Source of the DNA: Candidatus Multivoradales bacterium | Lineage (GTDB): Bacteria > Acidobacteriota > Thermoanaerobaculia > Multivoradales > J023 | DNA length: 64,000 bases | Assembly: GCA_965248925.1 (NCBI GenBank) | Contig: CBDFLE010000006.1 | Location: forward strand, 4,928,001-4,992,000 | Direction of reading: 5' to 3' | Part shown: one piece after another, positions 21,596-30,714 of the stretch | Layout of the letters: each line of letters starts with the position of its first letter | Numbering within the stretch: position 1 is the stretch's first letter | The notes under the pieces: generated by a model | The model's database searches: none | What the model saw: only the letters and a program-made list of their open reading frames with translations | What the model was told of the DNA's origin: nothing | Translations under genes and position numbers: made by a program

Positions 21596-22210
21596 ATGGA
21601 GGAATATCTCAATCTAGCCATCAAGGCTATCTTCGTCGAGAACATGGCACTGGCCTTCTTTCTCGGCATGTGCTCATTCTTGGCCTGCTCAAAGAAGGTC
21701 GAGACCGCGATCGGCCTGGGCGCGGCGGTGGTCTTCGTGCTCACCGTCACCGTGCCGATGAACAACCTGGTCTACAACTACCTGCTGCGCGAAGGCGCGC
21801 TGGCTTGGTTGAGTCCCTCGTTGGCGCATTACGACTTGTCCTTTCTCGGCTTTCTGAGCTACATCGGCACCATCGCAGCGATCGTTCAGATCGTCGAGAT
21901 GACCCTCGATCGCTACGCTCCCAAGCTTTATGCCGCGCTCGGTGTCTTCTTGCCGCTGATCGCGGTGAACTGCGCCATCCTCGGCGCCTCGTTGTGGATG
22001 GTGGAACGCGAGTACGACCTCGCCCAAAGCGCGGTCTTCGGTTTTGGTTCGGGAGTGGGTTGGGCCTTGGCGATCGTTGCCCTAGCAGCGATTCGCGAGC
22101 GCATGCGCTACAGCAACGTGCCCCTTGGTCTGCGTGGCCTGGGTATCACCTTCATCCTCACCGGATTGATGGCCATCGGTTTCATGGCCTTCAGCGGTAT
22201 TCAGCTCTGA
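21596..22210 (+). CDS. nqrE: Na+-NQR subunit E
   Basis: [37 protein letters not shown]. Confidence 0.95.
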   Translation: MEEYLNLAIKAIFVENMALAFFLGMCSFLACSKKVETAIGLGAAVVFVLTVTVPMNNLVYNYLLREGALAWLSPSLAHYDLSFLGFLSYIGTIAAIVQIVEMTLDRYAPKLYAALGVFLPLIAVNCAILGASLWMVEREYDLAQSAVFGFGSGVGWALAIVALAAIRERMRYSNVPLGLRGLGITFILTGLMAIGFMAFSGIQL

Positions 22211-22220
22211 GGTCGGCGTC

Positions 22221-23450
22221 ATGATGAGCACGATTTTGCTCGGCGTGGTGATGTTCACCGTCATCATCCTGTCGCTAGTCGCCCTCTTGATGGTCGCCAA
22301 GCGGCAGCTGGTGCCCTCAGGCGAAGTGACCATCGCCATCAACGGCAACCCTGAGTTGGCGCTTAGGGTGGCGTCGGGCGGCAACCTGCTGAACACCCTG
22401 GCAGACAACCGCATCTTCATTCCCTCGGCCTGTGGCGGCAAGGGCAGCTGCGGAGTGTGCAAGGTCGACGTGGTCGATGGCGGCGGCGCCATGCTGCCCA
22501 CCGAGCTCAGTCACATCAGCCGCGGCGAGGCGCGTGAGGGTTGCCGGCTGTCGTGCCAGGTCAAAGTCAAAGGCGATATGGCCTTGCAGATGCCGGCCGA
22601 CATCTTCGATGTTCAGCAGTGGACCTGCAAGGTGCGCTCGAACCACAACGTCGCCACCTTCATCAAAGAGCTGGTCTTGGAACTGCCCGAAGGGGAGTCG
22701 GTGCCCTTCCGCGCCGGCGGCTACATTCAAATCCAAAGCCCGCCTCACGTCGCCAACTACAAAGATTTCGACATCGAAGAGGAGTATCGCGGCGACTGGG
22801 ACAAGTTCAACATGTGGCGCTACGTCTCGACCGTCGACGAGACTGTCGAGCGCGCCTACTCGATGGCCAACTACCCGGAAGAGAGGGGCATTATCATGCT
22901 CAACGTGCGGGTAGCCTCGCCGCCGCCCCGCGGTCCCGAGGGCATTCCACCGGGCAAGATGTCCTCCTTCATCTTCAACCTCAAGCCTGGCGACGAGGTA
23001 GTGATCTCTGGCCCCTTCGGCGAGTTCTTCGCCAAAGAGACCGACAACGAGATGCTATTCATCGGTGGTGGCGCCGGCATGGCGCCGATGCGCTCGCACA
23101 TTTTCGACCAGTTCCGCCGCTTGAGCAGCAGCCGTAGAGTGTCCTATTGGTACGGTGCCCGCAGCTATCGCGAGGCCTTCTACAACGAAGACTTCGACAG
23201 CATCGCCGCCGAGTACGACAACTTCGAGTGGCACCTGGCCCTGTCCGAGCCTCAGCCGGAGGACAACTGGCAAGGGTACACCGGCTTCATTCATCAGGTG
23301 GTGCTCGACAACTACCTCAAAGACCATCCGGCACCGGAAGACGTCGAGTACTACCTCTGCGGCCCGCCGATGATGCTGCAAGCCTGCATGAAGATGCTCG
23401 ACGACCTCGGAGTCGAGCAAGAAAACATCCTCTTCGACGACTTTGGCTGA
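22221..23450 (+). CDS. nqrF: Na+-NQR subunit F
   Basis: 2Fe-2[42 protein letters not shown]. Confidence 0.96.
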   Translation: MMSTILLGVVMFTVIILSLVALLMVAKRQLVPSGEVTIAINGNPELALRVASGGNLLNTLADNRIFIPSACGGKGSCGVCKVDVVDGGGAMLPTELSHISRGEAREGCRLSCQVKVKGDMALQMPADIFDVQQWTCKVRSNHNVATFIKELVLELPEGESVPFRAGGYIQIQSPPHVANYKDFDIEEEYRGDWDKFNMWRYVSTVDETVERAYSMANYPEERGIIMLNVRVASPPPRGPEGIPPGKMSSFIFNLKPGDEVVISGPFGEFFAKETDNEMLFIGGGAGMAPMRSHIFDQFRRLSSSRRVSYWYGARSYREAFYNEDFDSIAAEYDNFEWHLALSEPQPEDNWQGYTGFIHQVVLDNYLKDHPAPEDVEYYLCGPPMMLQACMKMLDDLGVEQENILFDDFG

Positions 23451-23481
23451 GGTGGGAAGCTGCCCAGTGCGAGAGATCTAC

Positions 23482-23513
23482 AGCCGGCGGTCCTCCGCCG
23501 GCTTTGGTGTTTC
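23482..23513 (+). terminator. Intrinsic terminator after nqrF
   Basis: AGCCGGCGG-TCCT-CCGCCGGCT followed by TTGGTGTTT. Confidence 0.75.
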
Positions 23514-23584
23514 TTGGAGAGCTAGCTCTACCTCCCCGGTCTCTCGATGTGCCGGTGCCTCACGGTGCTTGTCCGAGGCGGTCC

Positions 23585-23837
23585 CTAATGGTTGCCAATA
23601 CTCGACTTAACTCTCATCGCAGGTCCTGCAATACGACGGATGGTGTGGCGATAGCCGTCCGTTCCGCGGTTATTCGACGACCGCTATCGACATTGACACC
23701 CCTACCTACCAGAGAGTAGCCTGCAAGTCATTGCCTACGGCAAAGATACGCTACCGGGACCGGTACGATGACTGCATCTAGACACAGTAGACATTGTCGC
23801 CGAAGACCTTCGCCGGTTGCCGAATTATGAGTTTGGG
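23585..23837 (+). repeat. Promoter-attI-like module, copy 1
   Basis: Imperfect direct repeat of 24778-25036; TTGACA-N18-TAGCCT (23693-23722); ends GCCGAAT-TATGA-GTTTGGG. Confidence 0.6.
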
Positions 23838-23904
23838 TGGACAGAAGATCGCTGTGCGGCAGAATAGAGCTTGGAGACGATGGAGTTCGGACTAGGATGA
23901 GGCG

Positions 23905-24363
23905 ATGAAGATCCGGATCTACACGGACACGTCGGTCCTTGGCGGCTGCGAGGACGAGGAATTTGCCGAGCACTCCATCCGGCTCATGGAGGGCTTCGTC
24001 AGAGGCGAACTTGTCCTGGTTCTGTCCGGCCTCACGGTGCAGGAACTGGCCGGGGCACCGGTCGAGGTTCGTCGGCGAATCGCTGCTGTGCCGGAGGCGC
24101 ACATAGAGACGCTTCAGCTTGATGCCGAGTCCAGGGAACTCGCAGAAGCCTACATAGCCGCCGCCGTCCTCACGGCCAAGATGCGGGCCGACGCCCAGCA
24201 CATTGCCTTGGCGACGGTTGGCCGCGCTGACGTCTTGGTGAGCTGGAACTTCAAGCACATCGTCAACCTGCAGCGGATCCACGGGTACAACTCCGTGAAC
24301 CTGCGCAAGGGCTACCCAATGATCGAGATCCGGACGCCGCGAGAGGTGTTGTCAGATGAGTAA
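23905..24363 (+). CDS. PIN-domain toxin-like protein (gene cassette)
   Basis: IYTDTSVLGG, DAQHIALAT, LVSWNFKHIVN, IRTP. Confidence 0.85.
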   Translation: MKIRIYTDTSVLGGCEDEEFAEHSIRLMEGFVRGELVLVLSGLTVQELAGAPVEVRRRIAAVPEAHIETLQLDAESRELAEAYIAAAVLTAKMRADAQHIALATVGRADVLVSWNFKHIVNLQRIHGYNSVNLRKGYPMIEIRTPREVLSDE

Positions 24364-24565
24364 GACCGAGAAGGAATTCGACGCGGTCGCGATGATGCGA
24401 TCGGCCCGGGACAATATCTCCGCAGAGATCGAAGGTATGACACTGGAGGAAGAGTTGAAGTGGCTCGCCTCGCAAGAAATGAATGATCCGTTCCTGGAGC
24501 GGCTCCGTGATCGCGATGCCCAACAAGCCGATGCAGCCGGACGGCCGCTCCGCGGCCGCCGCTGA
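24356..24565 (+). CDS. Small putative antitoxin downstream of the PIN gene
   Basis: FDAVAMMRSARD..S.EI.GMT.EE motif; overlaps the PIN stop and runs into attC. Confidence 0.65.
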   Translation: MSKTEKEFDAVAMMRSARDNISAEIEGMTLEEELKWLASQEMNDPFLERLRDRDAQQADAAGRPLRGRR

Positions 24566-24582
24566 TCGGCAAGGCGTTCGGC
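24518..24582 (+). mobile_element. Integron attC site 1
   Basis: R'' GCCCAAC, GCCGAT(G)CAGC / GCTGATCGGC with extrahelical G, R' GTTCGGC. Confidence 0.85.
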
Positions 24583-24777
24583 GGTAGACACATGATTCCC
24601 TATGTGTTGGCGCTACCGTACTTTGTGTGGGTAGCACTCACCGCCAGACACTTTCAGGGTAGAGATCAAGACCTCCATGATGGAAGAAGAGCTGGTCGGA
24701 GCTTTATCCGGCATGTCGCACCATCATGAAGCGTTCATGCGGCCTTGATAATCGCAACCAAAGGCTCCGAATTCACC

Positions 24778-25036
24778 CCTGACTACTGCCAGGCATGGGC
24801 TTAGATTTCTTTGCAGAGTAGCAACACGACGGATAGAGTCGCGATAACCGTCAGCTCCGCGGTTGTGCGACGACCGCTGTTGACATTGACACGCATATCT
24901 ACCAGAGAGTAGCCTGCAAGTCGTTGCCAAAGGCGAAGATAGGCTACCGGGGCCTGGACGATGACGGCCGGCGTCCAGACGACAGTAGACATTGTCGCCG
25001 AATACCTCCGCCTGTTGTCGAATTATGAGGTTGTCC
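24778..25036 (+). repeat. Promoter-attI-like module, copy 2
   Basis: Repeat of 23585-23837; TTGACA-N18-TAGCCT (24886-24915); ends GTCGAAT-TATGAG-GTTGTCC. Confidence 0.6.
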
Positions 25037-25058
25037 GTTCCATGGCGGGTGCAGAAAT

Positions 25059-25832
25059 ATGATCAGGTTGTTCATCAGTCACAGCGCCGCTGATGCCGAA
25101 TTGGCGGGGGCGGTCGCCGACTTATTCCGATTCGCGCTTCGAATGCCAGCGGACGAGATCCGCTGTACTAGCGTCGATGGCTATCGGCTACCAGGTGGAG
25201 CAAACACGGATGAGCAACTTCGGCAGGAGGTAATGCTGGCGCCCGCATTTGTGGGCGTCGTTTCCCACACGAGCTTCGAGTTGGCCTACGTCCTGTTTGA
25301 GCTTGGAGCTCGATGGGGTCGGAACGAGTACCTCGTGCCGCTTCTCGCTCCAGGAGTGCCCGCGTCGATTCTCAAGGGACCGATTTCCGGACTGAACGCC
25401 CTCAGTTGCGACTGTGCTTCCCAACTACATCAGCTCGTGGCTGAAGTTGGCGAGCGGCTTGACCTATCGCCTGAGCCAGCTGCCGTCTACCAGGGTGCCG
25501 TCGATCTCATCGCTCAGCACCAGTCCACAGCACGGCCCCCCTCATCCAATCGGGCTGACACAAGAGGCTCCGAGTTTCCGGAGGCCGAGTCGATCATCAA
25601 AGCGAGGTGCGCCGCCGAATGGAGCGACGATTTTGAAATGAGGCTCGACTGCGAAGAGTCTCAGCGGAAGGCGCTAGGCAAACTGAAGCGTCGTGATCAC
25701 CAAGAAGTTCCTGATGAAATTTTCGAACGAATTCGAGCCTATGCCACGCGGGAGTGGCCGGACGATTTTGAGATGCGAGTCGACACTGTAGAAAGCCAGC
25801 TTGCCGCGTATCGCAAGCTCTATTCGCGATGA
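25059..25832 (+). CDS. TIR-domain protein with duplicated C-terminal EWxDDFEMR motif (gene cassette)
   Basis: LFISHSAAD, VVSHTS...YVLFELGA (TIR_2-like, catalytic Glu retained). Confidence 0.8.
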   Translation: MIRLFISHSAADAELAGAVADLFRFALRMPADEIRCTSVDGYRLPGGANTDEQLRQEVMLAPAFVGVVSHTSFELAYVLFELGARWGRNEYLVPLLAPGVPASILKGPISGLNALSCDCASQLHQLVAEVGERLDLSPEPAAVYQGAVDLIAQHQSTARPPSSNRADTRGSEFPEAESIIKARCAAEWSDDFEMRLDCEESQRKALGKLKRRDHQEVPDEIFERIRAYATREWPDDFEMRVDTVESQLAAYRKLYSR

Positions 25833-25836
25833 TGAC

Positions 25837-25901
25837 GGCTAACAAGGCGATGCAAACCGATGGCCACTTCGCGTCGGTCGCTGATCGCCGAGGCGTCAGA
25901 C
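25837..25901 (+). mobile_element. Integron attC site 2
   Basis: R'' GGCTAAC, GGCGAT(G)CA / TGATCGCC, R' GTCAGAC; similar in length and sequence to attC1. Confidence 0.8.
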
Positions 25902-25917
25902 GGCATTAGGCCAAGAG

Positions 25918-27024
25918 ATGTCAATGGCCTCTGAAGTCGTGGAGAACGGAAGACTCGACCTTGAGAGAAGAAAACTCGACTTTGAGCGCGAGAAATGGGA
26001 GGCGAAGGTCGCTCACCAACAGCGCTTGGCCGCGCGAGAAGACGCTGAGCATCAACTAAGGGCGGCAGACTTTGATCTTAGGCGCGAAGAGCACAGGCGA
26101 GCAGGTTGGCGCAATCCTCTCGTAGTAGCGATTCTTGCTGCGACGATTGCGGCAGTCGGAAATGGCGTTGTAACAGTCGTTAACGGTTCGCTACAGCGTG
26201 CTATCGAGAGTCAAAGGTCGGATTCAGTGCGCATTCTCGAGATGATTAGGACTGCCGGCGACTCCGATAAAGCAGCGGAAAATCTGAAGTTCCTCCTGGA
26301 AGCTGGATTGGTAGACAATCCTTCTCGTATCGAGAAGCTGAAAGCTTTCCTGGAAAAGCGGGAGCCGGGTACCGGGCCGTCGTTGTTGGGTGGCCGTGTA
26401 GTACCCGGAATTGTTGGACCGGACGATGCCGTTTCAACGGACGCACTACAAGCAGGCCATCCTCTCCGGCGAATCGCAAATGCCGTGGGACTTCTGTTGT
26501 CTGTCCGGAAGGACGGTTTCTCCTCTGCATGCACTTCATTCTTGATCGGTGATGGTCTGCTACTCACTGCGTTTCATTGCGTGGAGGACGTTTCCTCGCT
26601 GACTGTGGAACTGTCCGATGACGCGGGAACCGAGAGATACCCGATCCCCCCACAGCCAGTCGCAGCGGACCGAGATTTGGACTTCGCAGTATTTCGGGTT
26701 CCGGAAGAGGCTGCCTCCAGGTTCGGGGCAATTCGTCTGGGTGATTCAGTTCCGCATCTCGGGCAACAGATAGCCGCTGTCTACTATCGCGGTGGCGGAC
26801 GCCGATTGGCAGTGCTATCCGATGATTGTCGAATCGTGAAAGTGGAGGCTAGGAAAATACACCATCTCTGCGATACTGGGGCTGGAAGCGCAGGTGCACT
26901 GATCGTTAGCAGCGACGGTACTTTAACTATAGGGTTGCACCACAGACGGGGTCCACTTGGTGGAGTCGCGACTCGTATCGATACGATTAAGCAAGCCATT
27001 TCCAGAATCACTCCTGGCTACTGA
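25918..27024 (+). CDS. Membrane-anchored trypsin-like serine protease (gene cassette)
   Basis: Coiled coil plus TM, then triad motifs LTAFHC, DLDFAV, DTGAGSAGA. Confidence 0.8.
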   Translation: MSMASEVVENGRLDLERRKLDFEREKWEAKVAHQQRLAAREDAEHQLRAADFDLRREEHRRAGWRNPLVVAILAATIAAVGNGVVTVVNGSLQRAIESQRSDSVRILEMIRTAGDSDKAAENLKFLLEAGLVDNPSRIEKLKAFLEKREPGTGPSLLGGRVVPGIVGPDDAVSTDALQAGHPLRRIANAVGLLLSVRKDGFSSACTSFLIGDGLLLTAFHCVEDVSSLTVELSDDAGTERYPIPPQPVAADRDLDFAVFRVPEEAASRFGAIRLGDSVPHLGQQIAAVYYRGGGRRLAVLSDDCRIVKVEARKIHHLCDTGAGSAGALIVSSDGTLTIGLHHRRGPLGGVATRIDTIKQAISRITPGY

Positions 27025-27048
27025 CGTGAACCACATACTTACCTCGCC

Positions 27049-27143
27049 GTCAAACAGAGCGGTCAACCCGATGCCCAAACCGCTACGCGATTCGGATTCC
27101 CTCCGCGCTACGAACTCCGGCGCGGGTTACCGCGAAACTTACC
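27049..27143 (+). mobile_element. Degenerate integron attC site 3
   Basis: R'' GTCAAAC, GCGGT(C)AACCCG / CGGGTTACCGC; R' damaged. Confidence 0.65.
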
Positions 27144-27176
27144 AAGCATCCTGGCCATCGAGTGGCTACGCTGAGC

Positions 27177-27850
27177 GTAAGACCTCGCCTTGCCCCGTCT
27201 TGACAAGGGCCTCGGATTCGAGCAGCGAAAATCAGTTTGATCGCGGTGAATCGCCTGAGCTGGCCGGCAGGGTGACGGCGCCGGGATTCTCGAGAGCAGC
27301 CCGCGTTGCTTTGAGGAGGTAGGCGTAGGGCTCATCGCTGGCGAGCTTGGCGCGATCGGTCAGACTGTAGGGAAGCGCCGCGACCTCGGTTCCTCGCTTG
27401 GAGCGCGATCCGTAGTGGTTCTTGCGTCCGATGAAGACGCCTCGCAGTTCCCTCTCGGCAATGCTGAAATCGAAAGGGATGAGAGGGTTCTCAAGAAAAT
27501 ACGTTGGCCCCTTCCGGAGGCCGAGTAGGAAGATGGCCCCATTCTCCAAAATCGCTGCGCGGTAGACCTTCGGCTCGGTCCTCCATGGCCAAAGCCTCCA
27601 GCATCTTGAGAATGGGCCCGGATTGCTCGGGGCACAGTTGCAGGCGCAAGCCCAGAATGTCCTGCGGCTTTGGAATCTGGACAGCCGGTAACGATAAGTC
27701 CGCCGCTGGCGCTTGACTAAGATGAAGATTCTCCGGACTACGGCGAGATCCTGGTGTCGGCGATAGTTGCGCGACCGCGTTCGCTTCTGCGCTACTAAAC
27801 TCCTCGTGGTGCCCGGAGCCAATCCGTCGCTTGTGGACCACCTCGTGCCG
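27177..27850 (-). pseudogene. IS66 TnpC transposase 3' remnant with terminal GTAA
   Basis: AERELR...GRKN..GS...G...A..YSL...AK....P.AYL; frameshifted upstream; GTAAG end at 27177. Confidence 0.7.
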
Positions 27851-27939
27851 GCGGTGGTGGGCGATGAGATTTCGGTCTTCCCGGCGGAAGCTCTAGTCCT
27901 TCACAATCTGCAAGACAACCGGCCGCAGGATCGGGCGAA

Positions 27940-28084
27940 TGTCGTGGCCCTCCTCGACGCCGGGGCCGAGCCGGTCTTGACGGCGGCGGTCGGGGTGTTG
28001 GTTCTGGCCAGCTTGCTGGCCGCCCTGTGGCCTGCTTTTCGCGCGACTCGGGTGAGCCCGCAGACTTGTTTGCGCGCGGATTGA
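27940..28084 (+). pseudogene. C-terminal remnant of an FtsX/MacB-like ABC permease
   Basis: LVLASLLAALWPAFRATRVSPQTCLRAD terminus without the N-terminal part. Confidence 0.6.
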
Positions 28085-28134
28085 GGCCTCATCTCGCAAT
28101 GGACGCGGTGGGTCGCTGTGCGTAGACTCAGCCA

Positions 28135-29181
28135 ATGTCGAGTCGTGATCAACCTTGGATATTTCTCGTCGGATGGGCTCTGGTCGTGCTCCTGGCCGGG
28201 GCTTGCCGGCCGGTTGAGGAAGGCCCCGCGAGCCATCTCTTCTCAGGCCCGACCATGGGCACCACTTACCGGGTCAAGGTGGTCGCTAGAGAGCTGCCCG
28301 CGGAGCGTCGGCAGCAGCTGGCTGCGGCCATCGAGCAGTGGTTGGACGCGGTCGACGCCAGCATGTCGACTTATCGTCCCGACTCCGAGTTGTCTCGTTT
28401 CAATCAGCATGTCGCGGGCACGCCGTTTGCGGTTTCTACGGCGATGGCCGAGGTCTTTGCCGCGGCTCTCGAACTCGGCCAAGCCACCGGGGGTGCCCTC
28501 GATATCACTCTTGGGCCGCTGGTCGATGCCTGGGGTTTTGGTCCAGGTGGCCGCGGGGCGGTGCCGGATCCACAACAGCTCGCCGAACTGCGCTCGCGGA
28601 TTGGGCTTGGCTTGCTGTCCTTGGACCGCGATCAGGGCACCCTGATCAAGGAGATTCCGGAGCTGCACTGTGACCTGAGTTCGTTGGCCAAGGGCTATGC
28701 GGTGGATCGAGTTCTGGAGGCGTTGGCGGATTTGGGAGTTACTGACGCCATGGTCGAAGTCGGGGGTGAGGTTCGCACCCTCGGTCACAATGCCAGTGGG
28801 CAGGCTTGGCGGATTGCCATCGAGCAGCCGAACTTCGCGCCGGGTGGCATTCAGCGCGTCGTTGCCTTGACGGATCGGGCGATGGCCACCAGTGGCGGCT
28901 ATCGCAACTTCATCGAGGTAGCAGGCGAGCGTTTGCCTCATCTGCTCGACCCGCGCACGGGTTGGCCGGTACGCCACCGGCTGGCATCGGTGTCGGTGGT
29001 GGCCGCCAGATGCCTCGAGGCGGATGGCTTGGCGACCGCTTTGGCCGTGCTCGGGCCGGAGGAGGGGCTGGTGTTGGCCAATCAACAGGGTTGGGCGGCA
29101 TATTTCTTGGTCCGTGGGGACCAGGGTGTGTTGATCGAGCGGGCTAGCCGATCTTTTGCGGAACTCTACATGTCTCGCTGA
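28135..29181 (+). CDS. apbE: FAD:protein FMN transferase (lipoprotein)
   Basis: LAGAC lipobox, TMGT, MSTYRPDSELSRFN, DLSSLAKGYAVD, ATSGGYRNF, ADGLATA. Confidence 0.93.
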   Translation: MSSRDQPWIFLVGWALVVLLAGACRPVEEGPASHLFSGPTMGTTYRVKVVARELPAERRQQLAAAIEQWLDAVDASMSTYRPDSELSRFNQHVAGTPFAVSTAMAEVFAAALELGQATGGALDITLGPLVDAWGFGPGGRGAVPDPQQLAELRSRIGLGLLSLDRDQGTLIKEIPELHCDLSSLAKGYAVDRVLEALADLGVTDAMVEVGGEVRTLGHNASGQAWRIAIEQPNFAPGGIQRVVALTDRAMATSGGYRNFIEVAGERLPHLLDPRTGWPVRHRLASVSVVAARCLEADGLATALAVLGPEEGLVLANQQGWAAYFLVRGDQGVLIERASRSFAELYMSR

Positions 29182-29283
29182 GTGCGTCGTGCTGATCGCG
29201 CCTCCACTGCTGCTGGAGAGCTGCTGGAGAGCCCCGATCCGATATGATGGGGCTGGCGGGTACACCGCCTTGGAGGTTAGTTC

Positions 29284-29502
29284 ATGGGTCTGTTTCTCAT
29301 CACTCTCGGTGTCTTCGGTGTAGCTATGTTGATCATGGCGGTCGGCGTCATTCTGCAAGGGCGCTGTTTGCGCGGTTCTTGCGGTGGCCCCGAGGTTCTG
29401 GCTCCAGATGGCACTTCGCTGAATTGTCCTACTTGTCCGCAACGCAAGGAGCGGCAGGCTCGACAAGCCGAGCGTTTGGCGGTTCTCGGCCACAGTGGCT
29501 GA
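29284..29502 (+). CDS. nqrM: Na+-NQR maturation protein NqrM-like
   Basis: Single TM, MAVGVI..GR.LRGSCGG...C..C; follows apbE. Confidence 0.75.
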   Translation: MGLFLITLGVFGVAMLIMAVGVILQGRCLRGSCGGPEVLAPDGTSLNCPTCPQRKERQARQAERLAVLGHSG

Positions 29503-29703
29503 GCCCCACCCTGGCCAGAAGCCCACCCGTGGGCTAGACTAGCCTCAGGTTTCTCATTTTCAGCCTCCCTCCGGCGAGAGGCTGAGCACGCGATGGCGTC
29601 GCTGAACCCGGTTTGCGGGGACGACTCTGATTCGGGGTGCCACCGGCGACACCGCTGTTTTTTGGCAGACGGTTGTAGGGGCGCCTGCCTGTTAGGAGTT
29701 CTG

Positions 29704-30246
29704 ATGTTCGACATCGTGCTACCCACTGCCCGCGACTGGATGACTTCGAAACCGCTGACTTTGTCGCCTGAGCAGGAGCTTTTCGAAGCTATCGATTTAC
29801 TGCTCAAGAACAGCTTTGCCGCCGCTCCGGTCGTTGATCAAAATGACGACCTTCTCGGTATGTTGACCGAGAAGGACTGCCTGCGGGTGCTGTCGAATCT
29901 GGCTTACGACGAGGACCTCCAGGGCGGTCAGGTGCGGGACTACCTCAGCGCTATTCGATTGCACTGTGAGCCGCAGATGGATCTGTTTCGGGTTGCCGAG
30001 ATGTTCCTAAGCACTAACTTTCCGCTCTTGCCTGTAGTCGAGGAAGATCATCTGTGCGGGGTGATCAGCCGTCGCGACATGCTGCGCGGCATTCGCGCTT
30101 TTCGCTCGCAGTTGCTGCAAATGAAGGGCGCACAGGAAGCCGTGGCAGGCCATCAAGCAGACCGGCCGCGCTCGATTGAAAGCCTGCAGCGAACCGTCGC
30201 TAACCAAACCAAGGATCAGCTAGTACGTCTGTTGGGGCGCGGCTGA
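29704..30246 (+). CDS. CBS-domain protein
   Basis: ARDWMT, APVVD...LLGMLTEKDCL, LPVVE...GVISRRD. Confidence 0.88.
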   Translation: MFDIVLPTARDWMTSKPLTLSPEQELFEAIDLLLKNSFAAAPVVDQNDDLLGMLTEKDCLRVLSNLAYDEDLQGGQVRDYLSAIRLHCEPQMDLFRVAEMFLSTNFPLLPVVEEDHLCGVISRRDMLRGIRAFRSQLLQMKGAQEAVAGHQADRPRSIESLQRTVANQTKDQLVRLLGRG

Positions 30247-30274
30247 TTGCCGCTGGGCCAAGGCGAGAGGTTTG

Positions 30275-30437
30275 GCGGGGCCACCCCTTGACTCTGGGGT
30301 GGCCGTTTGAGGTAAGTCTTGGTGGTGGGGAGTTGGGGTGGGTCGTATAGGTATGTCAACGACCAAAGGCCGTATCTTTAAGGGTAGGTATCAAAGATCT
30401 CGCGAAGAGACCTGGCGAATACTAGATCCGCCGTTGT
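30275..30437 (-). ncRNA. Candidate sigma54-dependent sRNA (about 160 nt)
   Basis: ORF-less span between a -24/-12 promoter and a strong hairpin; C-rich tracts. Confidence 0.4.
30279..30310. terminator. GC hairpin, probable (bidirectional) terminator
   Basis: GGCCACCCC-TTGACTCT-GGGGTGGCC. Confidence 0.65.
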
Positions 30438-30447
30438 CTGCTACTTA

Positions 30448-30464
30448 AGCAAGGGGTGTGCCAG
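30448..30464 (-). promoter_or_regulatory. Sigma54 (-24/-12) promoter
   Basis: Minus strand CTGGCAC-ACCCC-TTGCT matches TGGCAC-N5-TTGCW; AT-rich upstream region with palindromes. Confidence 0.75.
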
Positions 30465-30714
30465 ATTAGGGGGAAATCTAGAATTCAAGCTAGATTTTCT
30501 TTTACGAAGTGCCTGCAAGTTACTTGTTTCGAAGCATTTGTGGGCCAAGTCAAGATTATTGAATCGGCTGGGTGACTAACAGGCAGCTAATAGATCTGTA
30601 GCAAATTGCCAAAACGTGTGTGCGTTTTGGGCACGTCTGTGCTTTTTTCCCGCCACTTCTTGCCACTCTGGCATATGCAGGCGTCACTATCGCTGGGTTG
30701 GGTAACGGGTAAAG

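Noticed and set aside
23545-23590. CACGGTGCTTGTCCGAGGCGGT resembling the IntI C-terminal HVLNRGG motif
   Set aside because: Too short and needs an indel. No other tyrosine-recombinase motif is visible, so no intI remnant is called.
23728-24282. 184-aa and 226-aa (58717-59397) antisense ORFs over TA genes
   Set aside because: They mirror the PIN and RelE/antitoxin genes on the other strand.
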